Assembly (NCBI GenBank): GCA_903861835.1
Contig: CAIOVX010000035.1
Coordinates: forward strand, 2,220-66,219
Direction: 5' to 3'
Length of the DNA stretch: 64,000 nucleotides
Source of the DNA: Candidatus Firestoneibacteriota bacterium
Lineage (GTDB): Bacteria > Oederibacteriota > D2-FULL-39-29 > CAIOVX01
Position numbers and translations under genes: made by a program. This document shows, piece after piece, positions 1 through 8,919 of this stretch. Position 1 is the first letter of the stretch. Each line of letters starts with the position of its first letter. Below the pieces are notes generated by a model. That model ran no database searches. It was not told the origin of the DNA and saw nothing but the letters and a program-made list of their open reading frames with translations.

Positions 1-288
1 TTTCTTGAACATTCGAGGATTTTTCGGCTTAACAACAATGGCTCGCCGAGATTCTTCTTATCCTCTGCCGACTGGATGTCCAGGAATTTTGACCGCAGGA
101 TAGAATTACTTTTTGAAGTTGATAAAATTGAATTAAAGGAAGAACTAGACATGCTCCTTAATTGCCAGTGGAAGGATAACGATAAGACCAGGATACTCTA
201 TATGAACAAGGAGTACACGCGTCCGGAACCTGGAGGGCAAGACTTTAACTCTCAGGAATATCTAATTAAGCATTTTTCCAGAGCTTAG
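1..288 (+). CDS. ppk1: polyphosphate kinase 1, C-terminal fragment (5' end lies outside the window)
   Basis: Frame 1 is open from nt 1. The translation FLEHSRIFRLNNNGSPRFFLSSADWMSRNFDRRIELLFEV matches the conserved C-terminal PLD-like domain motifs of PPK1 (FLEHSR, SADWM-RN-DRR-E), recalled from the family consensus. The ORF-track ATG at 76 is internal. Confidence 0.8.
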   Translation, partial: FLEHSRIFRLNNNGSPRFFLSSADWMSRNFDRRIELLFEVDKIELKEELDMLLNCQWKDNDKTRILYMNKEYTRPEPGGQDFNSQEYLIKHFSRA

Positions 289-1250
289 CGGTCCGGAGAG
301 GCGGCAGCGGCCGCTCCGAGAATTATGGAATCATCGCCCAGAGTTGATTCCGCGATTATACAACCGGAAACCGTAGAGAGAAATGGATCTGATTCTGCAG
401 CCTTGCGAATTAAGGGCAGCATAAAGTCTCCGCAGGCCTCAATAACGCCACCCCCGAGAATGATATACTCGGGATCAACAATGTGCATTATGGAAACACA
501 GGCTGCTCCGAGGGCTTTTGAAGCTTCTTTGATTACCCGGGTTACCAGCGGGTCGTGTTTATCGAGCGCTTTTTTCAACAATCTGGACTTGATAGATTTA
601 AGTTTTCCCTGTCCGTACTTAGTAATAACAGTTTTTTCACCCTTTTTGACTGCTGCGCGTATTTCTTTTTCTATAGCCCACCTGCCGGCAAAAGCTTCCA
701 GACAGCCTTTCTTTCCGCAGGTACATTTAGGACCGTCCATCTGAATTATCATATGACCAAGTTCTCCGCCTGCAAAAAATGATCCCGTAATCAGCTTTCC
801 GCCAATAATTAACCCACCGCCGACACCTGTGCCTACCGATATGTTAACTATATTATGAGCATTACGGCCAAGTCCGGCGCGATGTTCACCGAGCGCGGCC
901 ATATTTGCGTCGTTGCCCACGGTAATATGCACCTTGAAGCTCTTTCTCAGTTCTGTGGCGAGGTTGATGCCGGTTAAGGGTAAGTTAGTTATGAGAAGAA
1001 CCTTGCCGTGCACTGGATCAATTACACCGGGTATGCCTATTCCTATGCCTGAGATTTCTTTTATGGAAATATCCCCTTCTGCTATTAGTTCCCTGACAAG
1101 GTTTACTACGGATAATACAAATTCTTTTTTAGTACACTTTAATGGAGTCTTGACTTTTCTACGAAGCAAAATCTTACCGCTGCTGGCTACCAGTCCGGCT
1201 TCCATCTTAGTCCCGCCTATGTCTATTCCAATCAGGTATTCTTTTAGCAT
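285..1250 (-). CDS. ROK-family sugar kinase (glucokinase-like)
   Basis: It has the N-terminal ATPase motif IGIDIGGTK, DNDANMAALGE, and the ROK zinc motif GHM...CTCGKKGCLEAF. Its stop codon overlaps the ppk1 stop on the opposite strand (TTAG at 285-288). Confidence 0.85.
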   Translation of the reverse strand: MLKEYLIGIDIGGTKMEAGLVASSGKILLRRKVKTPLKCTKKEFVLSVVNLVRELIAEGDISIKEISGIGIGIPGVIDPVHGKVLLITNLPLTGINLATELRKSFKVHITVGNDANMAALGEHRAGLGRNAHNIVNISVGTGVGGGLIIGGKLITGSFFAGGELGHMIIQMDGPKCTCGKKGCLEAFAGRWAIEKEIRAAVKKGEKTVITKYGQGKLKSIKSRLLKKALDKHDPLVTRVIKEASKALGAACVSIMHIVDPEYIILGGGVIEACGDFMLPLIRKAAESDPFLSTVSGCIIAESTLGDDSIILGAAAAASPDR

Positions 1251-1297
1251 ACGAAATTATAGCACTACCCTTGCGTTTAAGTCAATTCAACTCAAAA

Positions 1298-1351
1298 TTA
1301 ACACAATCTTAACAATACACTTAAACATTCTTAACAAATTTTTACTACTAT
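1298..1351 (+). promoter_or_regulatory. Pho-box-like array (four TTAACA-type direct repeats at about 11-bp phase) plus a -10 hexamer
   Basis: Repeats are TTAACA 1298-1303, TTAACA 1309-1314, TTAAAC 1321-1326 and TTAACA 1331-1336. TACTAT at 1346-1351 follows after a 9-nt gap. The region shares the 15-mer TTAACACAATCTTAA with the second pst promoter (7949-7963). Confidence 0.45.
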
Positions 1352-1448
1352 ACCTATGAAGGTTGTTGTAATTTTCGGCTTAAGGCTACCTGGGGGTGTA
1401 AAACATATTTCAAGGTTTTAGTGAAAGAATAAAATCCAGGGAGGAGAA

Positions 1449-2675
1449 ATGACAAAGTCAAAAGTAGTATCAGCAGTGGTAGCAGTACTTTGCATTACCG
1501 GCGTGGCTTTTGCCGGCGAAACAGATTTGTTAATCCAGAAACTTCTTGAGAAGAATGTCCTGGACGGCGGAGAAGCGGCGCAGTTAGTAGCAGAGACAAA
1601 AGACGAAGTCAGCAAGAACCTTGCGACCGCAAAAGCAGAAAACTTACCGGTCTGGGCGCAGAAGATCACTTGGTCGGGCTACACTCAGTTCTCTTTCACC
1701 GACAACCCGACACTCAGCGGTATTGAACCTTTTACGGTAAAGAGAGCAAGGATTGCAATGACCGCGAAGCTCAATGACTGGGCAACCTTCAAGATTCAGC
1801 CGGATTTCTCAGGAATTCAGATCAATAACGCGCAGACGACAGGATTGGTAACGTCAACGACTACCGGCGTAACTAACGCCGTGAAGTCAACGACCAACTT
1901 CCTGTCAGCCGTCCCAATGGTTGATGTGGCCTTCAAAGAAATCTGGGCAGACCTTATCGCGGACAGAGACTACGCGACATTCAGAATCGGACAGTATCAT
2001 CAGCCGTTCGGTTTTGAACTTCCGTATTCTTCTTCGAAAAAGAAACTTTTTGACACTCCTCAGTACATGACAAACGTTCTTGCCGCGGATTATGACTACG
2101 GCGTTCAGCTCTGGGGCAACCTTCCGGGCAGCGCAAAACAGTACTTGCAGTACCGTCTGGCAGTCATCAACGGCAGCACCTTTGGCGCGGAAACAAATCC
2201 TTACAAGGATTATTCAGTAAGGCTTTGCTCCACAGTATTGCCGGGACTTGAACTCTCCGGTTCTGCCTATTTAAGGAATCTTGCTGGCAGCTACCAGAAC
2301 AGCGAAGATCTTTATGCGAAATACGAAAGTGATTCATTCTTCTCTCTTATCGGCAACTGCCCTACTTTCTTCACTTTTGAAGTAGTCGGCGGCTATGACA
2401 AGAACAATGCAAATCAGGTACTTGATTCAATCGTAACTCTCGAAGTACAGCCCTTGGGCATAATTTCAAGCTGCCTTTCAGGCGTGGCGCCTGTATTGAG
2501 GGCGGAACAGTGGGACCCGAACCAGAACGACGGCGGAGCCGATATTATTAACTACTACACTGTTGGCGTAAACCTGTACCTTGACCCTGCGGTTAGGATT
2601 CTTGTTGACTACCGCATGAGGGACACGAAGCCGGAACTTAACCTCGCAAACGTAATGGTTCAACTCAACTACTAA
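1449..2675 (+). CDS. outer-membrane porin, phosphate-selective porin O/P family (probable)
   Basis: It has a signal peptide (VVAVLCITGVAFA), an N-terminal coiled segment, and the motif VKRARIAMTAKLNDWATFKIQPDF typical of Porin_O_P. The rest has alternating beta-strand character. A GGAGG SD is present, and the gene sits directly upstream of pstS. Confidence 0.65.
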   Translation: MTKSKVVSAVVAVLCITGVAFAGETDLLIQKLLEKNVLDGGEAAQLVAETKDEVSKNLATAKAENLPVWAQKITWSGYTQFSFTDNPTLSGIEPFTVKRARIAMTAKLNDWATFKIQPDFSGIQINNAQTTGLVTSTTTGVTNAVKSTTNFLSAVPMVDVAFKEIWADLIADRDYATFRIGQYHQPFGFELPYSSSKKKLFDTPQYMTNVLAADYDYGVQLWGNLPGSAKQYLQYRLAVINGSTFGAETNPYKDYSVRLCSTVLPGLELSGSAYLRNLAGSYQNSEDLYAKYESDSFFSLIGNCPTFFTFEVVGGYDKNNANQVLDSIVTLEVQPLGIISSCLSGVAPVLRAEQWDPNQNDGGADIINYYTVGVNLYLDPAVRILVDYRMRDTKPELNLANVMVQLNY

Positions 2676-2693
2676 ATCTAACAAGGAGGATAC

Positions 2694-3515
2694 ATGAAAT
2701 TACTTAAAGGTTTGGCCTTAACAGCAGTTTTGCTGGCTCTTTGCGGAACGGCGAATGCTGACAAGAAACTTCTTATCGACGGTTCAAGCACGATGCTGCC
2801 CATAGCGCAGGCTCTGGCAGAGAAGTATATGGACAAGACTCCCGGGATCACCATCAGCGTAAAGGGCGGCGGATCAGGGATAGGAGTTGCCTCCTTACAG
2901 GATTCAACATGCGACATCGCGGATTCCTCAAGGCCGATTAAGGGTTCTGAGATAGCAATAGCACTTACGAAGGGAGTTGATCCGAAAGCGACGGTGGTAG
3001 CCCTTGATGGAATTGCGATCATCGTAAACAAAGCAAACGGCATCACCAACCTTACGAAGAAACAGGTAAGAGGCATCTTTAACGGTTCTATTTCTAACTG
3101 GTCTCAGGTTGGCGGTACACCGGGCAAGATCCTTGCCATTTCCAGAGATACTTCCAGCGGGACTTACGAAGCCTTCATAGCTCTTGCTCTTGAAGGCGAC
3201 AAGATCAGGCCGGATGCAATGCTCCAGGCGGCCAGCCAGGCAGTAGCGACAACGGTCGCAAATACACCGGGCGCTATTGGTTATGTCGGAATCGGCTACA
3301 TAAGCGACACCACAAAAGTACTTACCGTGAACGGAGCAGAGTGCAAAAAAGAGAATGTTTTGAACAACAGCTATCCGTATTCAAGGCCGCTCTTTATGTA
3401 CACGAACGGAAAGCCTCAGGGAGACGCGAAAGTTTTTATTGATTATGTCCTGAGCGCGGAAGGACAGGCAGTTGTCGAAGAACAAGGCTTTGTAGCTCTT
3501 AAAAAGAAGCAGTAA
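2694..3515 (+). CDS. pstS: phosphate ABC transporter substrate-binding protein PstS (type I signal peptide)
   Basis: Motifs seen are GSSTMLPIAQALAE, KGGGSGIGV, SSRPIK, SRDTSSGTYE and YPYSRPLFMY, all typical of the PstS family. Confidence 0.9.
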   Translation: MKLLKGLALTAVLLALCGTANADKKLLIDGSSTMLPIAQALAEKYMDKTPGITISVKGGGSGIGVASLQDSTCDIADSSRPIKGSEIAIALTKGVDPKATVVALDGIAIIVNKANGITNLTKKQVRGIFNGSISNWSQVGGTPGKILAISRDTSSGTYEAFIALALEGDKIRPDAMLQAASQAVATTVANTPGAIGYVGIGYISDTTKVLTVNGAECKKENVLNNSYPYSRPLFMYTNGKPQGDAKVFIDYVLSAEGQAVVEEQGFVALKKKQ

Positions 3516-3522
3516 AAGGAGA

Positions 3523-3550
3523 GGGCGCCGGCCCTTAGAAGCCGGCGCCC
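3523..3550 (+). promoter_or_regulatory. intercistronic GC-rich hairpin between pstS and pstC (no T-tract)
   Basis: It is a perfect 10-bp stem, GGGCGCCGGC (3523-3532) with GCCGGCGCCC (3541-3550), and an 8-nt loop. No U-run follows, so it is more likely an mRNA stabiliser or attenuator than a full terminator. Confidence 0.5.
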
Positions 3551-3557
3551 GCCATAA

Positions 3558-4439
3558 ATGAAAATATCCGAAAAAATATATAAGAATGTTTTTATGGTTG
3601 TCGCGTTCTCTTCCCTTATATTTTTAACAGGGATAGTGCTGGTTTTGTTCATAGAAGGGCTCCCTGCTTTCTCGGTTACAGGTATTTTATCTTTTATTTT
3701 CGGAAAGAGCTGGTATCCAACTTCAACTCCTCCTGAGTTTGGCATAATGCCCTTAATATCCGCTTCATTTGTAGTTTCAGTTGGCGCAATGCTTTTCGCA
3801 ATTCCGGTAGGAATAGGCAGCGCACTTTACATACACGAGATTGCCGGCGAAAAACAAAAGATGTTCCTTAAGCCAATAATTGAACTCCTGGGAGCAATAC
3901 CCTCAATAATATTTGGCTTCTTCGGAATGGTCATAGTCGCTCCTCTGGTACAAAAAGTATTCAACCTTTCTACAGGTCAATGCGCCTTTACAGGAGCCCT
4001 TATTCTCGGTGTAATGGCAATCCCCGTAGTTTGCAGCATTGCTGAGGACGCATTGAGCGTCGTTCCAAAAAGCTTCAGAGAGGCTTCATTTGCTTTAGGA
4101 GCCAATAGATGGCAGACTCTTTTGAAAGTTATAATTCCTGCCGCAGGATCGGGAATATCAACGGCAATTGTGCTTGGTATCAGCAGGGTAATGGGAGAAA
4201 CTATGACCGTGCTTTTGGTTACCGGAGGCGCGGCCCAGATACCTAATTCTATATTCTCACCTGTCAGACCAATGACCTCGACTATAGCCGCTGAAATGGG
4301 GGAAGCTGCTGTTGGCGGGGTACATTTCCACGCGCTATTTGCTATAGGGCTTGTGCTCTTTATGATTACTTTGGTTTTGAACATGATAGCGGAATACATT
4401 GGAAGAAAATACAGGGTTAAACTGGGGCTTGACGTATGA
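3558..4439 (+). CDS. pstC: phosphate ABC transporter permease PstC
   Basis: It is a multi-TM protein with the motifs W.PTSTPPEFGI and EASFALGANRWQTLLKVIIPAA (EAA loop). It sits in pstS-C-A-B order. Confidence 0.9.
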   Translation: MKISEKIYKNVFMVVAFSSLIFLTGIVLVLFIEGLPAFSVTGILSFIFGKSWYPTSTPPEFGIMPLISASFVVSVGAMLFAIPVGIGSALYIHEIAGEKQKMFLKPIIELLGAIPSIIFGFFGMVIVAPLVQKVFNLSTGQCAFTGALILGVMAIPVVCSIAEDALSVVPKSFREASFALGANRWQTLLKVIIPAAGSGISTAIVLGISRVMGETMTVLLVTGGAAQIPNSIFSPVRPMTSTIAAEMGEAAVGGVHFHALFAIGLVLFMITLVLNMIAEYIGRKYRVKLGLDV

Positions 4440-5290
4440 TGATAAAAGCGGTCAACGCACAGAAACTGGGTTTCGCAGCTCTATTTGCGTGTATAATTAT
4501 CGCTCTATTAGTGCTGGGGTCATTGATCTATTTCATCTTTTCTAACGGAATAAGTTCATTTTCCTGGACATTTTTTACGGATATACCCAGAAAATCTATG
4601 ACAGCAGGGGGAGTAGGTCCTGCGATAATCGGCACAATTTATCTCGTTTTAGGATCAATTATTGTTTCCGTGCCGCTTGGTGTAATAACTGCAATCTATC
4701 TTTGCGAGTATTCTCCGAAAAATGTAATTGTCAATATTATCAGGTTAAGCGTGAATAATCTTGCCGGAGTCCCATCAGTCGTTTTCGGGCTTTTTGGCCT
4801 GGCAGTATTTGTTAAGCTCTTCAATTTTCATGTTTCAATACTCTCCGGGAGTCTAACGCTTGGAATACTCATTTTACCCGGCATAATATCGGCTTCATAT
4901 GAAGCTATAATCGCCGTGCCTCAGTCATTGCGCGAAGCCTCCTATGCGCTGGGCGCCACTCAGATTCAAACTATAGGACGAATTGTACTCCCGTCTGCTT
5001 TGCCGGGTATACTTACCGGAATTATACTGGGTGTCGGCAGAGCCGCAGGAGAAACCGCTCCAATATTATTTACGGCTGCAACCTTTTACGCTAGAAGTTA
5101 CCCCAGTTCCATAATGTCGGATACAATGGCGCTTCCTTATCATATCTATGTCCTGATGACTGAGGGGACAAAGCCGGAGATTCAAAAAATGATTGCATAT
5201 GGCTGCGCGCTCATCCTGCTGATATTAGTACTTGCGGTGTCGGCTATTGCAATTTATCTAAGACAAAGGCAAAGGAGAACGTATGGATAA
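4436..5290 (+). CDS. pstA: phosphate ABC transporter permease PstA
   Basis: It shows an ATGA start/stop overlap with pstC. Motifs are [10 protein letters not shown], the EAA loop [20 protein letters not shown], and [10 protein letters not shown]. Confidence 0.9.
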   Translation: MMIKAVNAQKLGFAALFACIIIALLVLGSLIYFIFSNGISSFSWTFFTDIPRKSMTAGGVGPAIIGTIYLVLGSIIVSVPLGVITAIYLCEYSPKNVIVNIIRLSVNNLAGVPSVVFGLFGLAVFVKLFNFHVSILSGSLTLGILILPGIISASYEAIIAVPQSLREASYALGATQIQTIGRIVLPSALPGILTGIILGVGRAAGETAPILFTAATFYARSYPSSIMSDTMALPYHIYVLMTEGTKPEIQKMIAYGCALILLILVLAVSAIAIYLRQRQRRTYG

Positions 5291-6056
5291 TAACTTCAAG
5301 GAAACCGTCAGAGTTAAAGCCGATAATATTAACTTCTTTTATGGCAGTAAGAAAGCGCTTAACGGTATAAATATGAACATTTACGCCAATAAGGTTACGG
5401 CGCTTATAGGCCCGTCAGGGTGCGGAAAATCCACTTTTTTAAGACTTATTAACAGAATGAACGACCTTGTCAGTTCCTCCAGAGTGGAAGGACAGCTGTT
5501 GCTGGACAATAAGAATATTTTTGACAAGGATATAGATGTAGTTGAACTCAGAAGAAGGGTTGGTATGGTTTTTCAGAAACCGAATCCGTTCCCGAAGTCT
5601 ATTTACGAAAATATGGCCTACGGGCTTGAAATTAAAGGGATAAAAGATAAGAAATACGTTGACGAAAAAGTATTTGAATCATTAAAGAAAGCGGCACTCT
5701 GGGACGAGATCAAGGACCGCCTGAACGACAGCGCTTTAAGGTTGTCCGGCGGGCAGCAGCAGCGCCTGTGCATAGCCAGATGCCTGGTGGTTGAGCCGGA
5801 AGTTATTCTTTTTGATGAGCCCTGCGCGAGCCTGGACCCTATATCTACGAGGAAAATAGAAGAACTTATTATAGAACTCAAGCAGTTCTACACTATTGTT
5901 ATCGTGACCCACAATATGCAGCAAGCCGCCCGTGTCTCTGATTACACGGCGTTCATGTATCTAGGGGATCTTATAGAATTCGGGCAGACAGAAAAACTCT
6001 TCACAGTTCCCAAAGATAAACGAACTGAAGAATATCTTACCGGAAAATTCGGTTGA
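5283..6056 (+). CDS. pstB: phosphate import ATP-binding protein PstB (all motifs canonical)
   Basis: All motifs are canonical: Walker [11 protein letters not shown]-loop [11 protein letters not shown], signature LSGGQQQRL, Walker B ILFDEP and H-loop VTHNMQQA. Confidence 0.95.
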   Translation: MDNNFKETVRVKADNINFFYGSKKALNGINMNIYANKVTALIGPSGCGKSTFLRLINRMNDLVSSSRVEGQLLLDNKNIFDKDIDVVELRRRVGMVFQKPNPFPKSIYENMAYGLEIKGIKDKKYVDEKVFESLKKAALWDEIKDRLNDSALRLSGGQQQRLCIARCLVVEPEVILFDEPCASLDPISTRKIEELIIELKQFYTIVIVTHNMQQAARVSDYTAFMYLGDLIEFGQTEKLFTVPKDKRTEEYLTGKFG

Positions 6057-6463
6057 GCCCGGAGCCTGTCATGCGGAACATACTTTTTGTCTGCGTTGAA
6101 AACGCCGGAAGGAGCCAGATGGCGGAGGTGTTCGGAAACTCTTTCGGTTACGGCAAAATAAAAGTTTTCAGCGCCGGCTCAAAGCCTAGAAAGCATGTTC
6201 ACGAATACGCAGTAGAGGTAATGAAAGAGAAACACATCGATATCTCAAATAGCAATCCGAAAGGCTTTGATGTGCTGCCCGTTGCAAGATTTGATTGTGT
6301 GGTTAATATCGGCTGCGAGGATGAATGTCCTGTTGTTCCGGTTCGCGAGGTCTTGACATGGGATATTCCTGACCCCAAAAACGGATCGGTTGAAAACTAC
6401 CGAAAAGTCAGGAATATAATCGAAAAAAAAGTAAAAACAATGATGGAAGCGCTCGATAACTAA
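6053..6463 (+). CDS. arsC: LMW-PTP-family arsenate reductase-like protein (ArsC, thioredoxin-type fold)
   Basis: It has the CX5R(S) P-loop [16 protein letters not shown] and downstream Cys residues (GCEDECP). The ORF-track start is TTG 6053; an alternative ATG at 6071 (MRNILFVC) is equally plausible. Confidence 0.7.
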   Translation: MSPEPVMRNILFVCVENAGRSQMAEVFGNSFGYGKIKVFSAGSKPRKHVHEYAVEVMKEKHIDISNSNPKGFDVLPVARFDCVVNIGCEDECPVVPVREVLTWDIPDPKNGSVENYRKVRNIIEKKVKTMMEALDN

Positions 6464-6479
6464 GGAAAAACTCGGAGGA

Positions 6480-7133
6480 ATGATGCAGGAAAAAATAGAC
6501 GCCATAAGGAAGGAAATAACCGCATACGCCAGCTATATTGATAATATGGTTGAGAACAGCATTAAGGGGTTTTTCCTGAGAGACAAAGAACTGCTTAACA
6601 ATATCATTGAGAAGCTCGAACCAGTTGCGAACGACGAAGAAATACGGCTCGATGAGGTTTGTGTTAACTTCATCGCCAGGCAGCAGCCGGCCGGGAAGAA
6701 TTTGCGGCAGATTATTATGACGCTTAAAATGACGAATGACCTTGAGCGCATGGGCGATCACGCGGTAAATATCGCGCAGAGTTCTCTGCTTCTCGTGAAT
6801 AGCGAAGCAGTATACGAGTTCAAGGACATCAAAATAATGGGCGACGAGGCTATAAAGATGCTGCGCGACAGCCTTCAGTCCTTTATGACAGAAGATTCCG
6901 CGCTTGCGAAGTCGGTATGCAAGCATGATGATGTGGTCGACGAGTTGCGTGAACAAATACTCCGGCAAATTGTCGTTTCCGTAGGCAAAGATCCTTCTTT
7001 TGTCGAGCAGGGCCTTCACCTGGTGCGTATTATCAGCAACATAGAACGTATTGCGGATCTTGCCACTAACATCTGCGAAGATGTTATCTTTATAGCAGAA
7101 GGCACATCCATCAAACACAATAAAAACCTATAG
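6480..7133 (+). CDS. phoU: phosphate signalling complex protein PhoU
   Basis: It has the two PhoU repeats with metal-binding motifs DLERMGDHAVNIA and NIERIADLATNICED. Confidence 0.9.
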   Translation: MMQEKIDAIRKEITAYASYIDNMVENSIKGFFLRDKELLNNIIEKLEPVANDEEIRLDEVCVNFIARQQPAGKNLRQIIMTLKMTNDLERMGDHAVNIAQSSLLLVNSEAVYEFKDIKIMGDEAIKMLRDSLQSFMTEDSALAKSVCKHDDVVDELREQILRQIVVSVGKDPSFVEQGLHLVRIISNIERIADLATNICEDVIFIAEGTSIKHNKNL

Positions 7134-7169
7134 TTTGAAAAACTTTTTATCAACTTAAGCGGGGAATTC

Positions 7170-7855
7170 TTGATACGCAACTTTGAATATTTTCTTCGCG
7201 TTAAGGACAGACTTCTTTACCTCGGCAGCATCATAGAAACAATGATAATCAGTTCGGTCAAGGCCCTTGTAGAAAGAAGAGAAGTGCTTGTTAGTGCAGT
7301 TGAGTCTCAAAGAGCGGAAGCCGAAAAAGTCCGCAAAGAACTTGATGAAAAATGCATCTCGCTTATTGCCACGCAACAGCCAGCGGCAAACGGTCTTAGG
7401 TTCCTGACGTCTTCCATGAAAATAGCCGGAGAGCTGGGAAAACAGCTCTCCAGACTCACAACTTTACGGTTTCTTCCATTAAGATCCTTTCCTCAGGCGC
7501 GCCATTCCACATTGCTGATATCCCTGAACTGGCATATACCGCTAAAACAGTGCTATGTGAGTGCCTTGACGCTTTCGTTAAAAAAGATGAAAAGCTTGCG
7601 CTCTCTGTTCTTTCCGGAGGAGAACGTGCCGGAAAAATGAAAGAAAGGATATTAAAGGAACTGCTGGCAAAAATGGAAACAGAAAAGAAAAGCGTTGCTC
7701 CGTCGGGGGAACTTCTGCTTATTGAATGCTATCCGGAAATGACCGCCTGGAACGCAGTTAATGTCGCCGAGGACGCCCTGTTTATGCTAAATATCAGTAA
7801 AACGGTTTTCCCAAACCCTTATTCTTCTCCTGTCATTCTTTCCTTTAATAATTGA
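7170..7855 (+). pseudogene. degenerate PhoU paralog interrupted by a frameshift (ORF fragments 7170-7640 and 7400/7550-7855)
   Basis: Fragment 1 has a PhoU-like N-terminal half (LIATQQPAANGLRFLTSSMKIAGEL). The reading frame then continues in another frame that is open from 7400 (AGKTALQTHNFTVSSIKIL...LCECLDAFVKKDEKLA...NAVNVAEDALFML). The likely shift site is at GGGAAAACA around 7436-7444. Both E/DxxxD metal motifs are eroded. Confidence 0.6.
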
Positions 7856-7937
7856 TACACTTTCGAAAACAGCCGGTCAAGACAAGGAGCATACCGCGTA
7901 ATAGCTGATTCGACTTACCAGGTATGCTAATACAACC

Positions 7938-7980
7938 TTAACCATATCTTAACACAATCTTAATAATTGCCCTGTATAGT
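7938..7980 (+). promoter_or_regulatory. Pho-box-like array (three direct repeats at exact 11-bp phase) plus a -10 hexamer for the second pst operon
   Basis: Repeats are TTAACC 7938-7943, TTAACA 7949-7954 and TTAATA 7960-7965. TATAGT at 7975-7980 follows after a 9-nt gap, the same box-to-(-10) spacing as at 1336/1346. The ATG at 7987 lies 6 nt after the -10, so the transcript may be leaderless. Confidence 0.45.
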
Positions 7981-7986
7981 TTTCCT

Positions 7987-8919
7987 ATGATTTACAATAC
8001 TTTTCAGAGCAATTTACACAAAACCGATCCTAAAGCTAGTATTTTCTTAATAATAATTCTGCTCTTTTGTTTGCTCATTATCCCTGCAGGTTGCTCCAGA
8101 AGCAACGAAAAAGAATCCTCTAAATCACAATCTCTGCAGATAAAGGGCTCCGACACAATCGTAAACCTTGTTCAAGCCTGGGCAGAAGAGTATTCAAAAG
8201 CTAACTCCAGCGTGAATATAGGTATTACGGGGGGAGGTTCCGGAACAGGATTCGCGGCACTTCTGAATTCAACCTGTGACATCGCAATGTCTTCAAGGCC
8301 TGCAGAAGATAAAGAAATCAAAATAGCAACCGAAAAGAAGAAAGTTCTGAAAGAATTCAAGATAGGCCTTGACGGGCTGGTGGTGATCGTAAACCCGGAC
8401 AATCCGGTCTCCCAACTTACGCTGGACCAAGTCAGAGATATTTTCATGGGAAATAAAACCAACTGGAAATATTTTGGCGGCAATGACCTTAAGATAGTAA
8501 TTCTCTCCAGGGAAAGCAACTCGGGAACACATATGTTCTTTAAAGAGCATGTTCTAAGGAAGGGGAATAAAAAGGGGAAAGAGGAATTCTCGACCAGAGC
8601 CTTGCTTATGCCCTCCTCGCAGACAATCGTCAACGAGCTCGAGCAGAACCCTCACGCTGTCGGCTATGTCGGAATGGGTTATATTAATCCGCGGCTTAGG
8701 GCTGTTGCCATAGCGAAAAAAACTTCGACACATTATGTGGCGCCGGTCATCGAAAATGTGGTGAACGATTCATATCCTATTTCAAGACCTCTTTTCCTTT
8801 ACACTAACGGCGAACCTTCAGGGACAGCGAGAAGCTTCATAGATTACGCGCTGTCAGTTGAAGGACAGGTAATAGTCAGAAAAACCGATTTTGTTCCTAT
8901 CGTAAAGGCGGGGAAATAA
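7987..8919 (+). CDS. pstS: PstS-family phosphate-binding lipoprotein (second copy)
   Basis: It has the lipobox LIIPAGC. Motifs are GSDTIVNLVQAWAEEY, GGGSGTGF, SSRPAE, SRESNSGTH and YPISRPLFLYT. Confidence 0.85.
   Translation: MIYNTFQSNLHKTDPKASIFLIIILLFCLLIIPAGCSRSNEKESSKSQSLQIKGSDTIVNLVQAWAEEYSKANSSVNIGITGGGSGTGFAALLNSTCDIAMSSRPAEDKEIKIATEKKKVLKEFKIGLDGLVVIVNPDNPVSQLTLDQVRDIFMGNKTNWKYFGGNDLKIVILSRESNSGTHMFFKEHVLRKGNKKGKEEFSTRALLMPSSQTIVNELEQNPHAVGYVGMGYINPRLRAVAIAKKTSTHYVAPVIENVVNDSYPISRPLFLYTNGEPSGTARSFIDYALSVEGQVIVRKTDFVPIVKAGK

Noticed and set aside
6408-7118. A 236-aa ORF antisense to the whole of phoU. Similar long antisense ORFs occur at 43889-44458, 44439-45029, 48211-48831, 52891-53484 and 56827-57405.
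   Set aside because: Each lies entirely opposite a gene with strong, motif-level family identity. None has an SD or promoter, and their translations are low-complexity with no recognisable motifs. These are typical shadow ORFs of moderately GC-balanced coding DNA.
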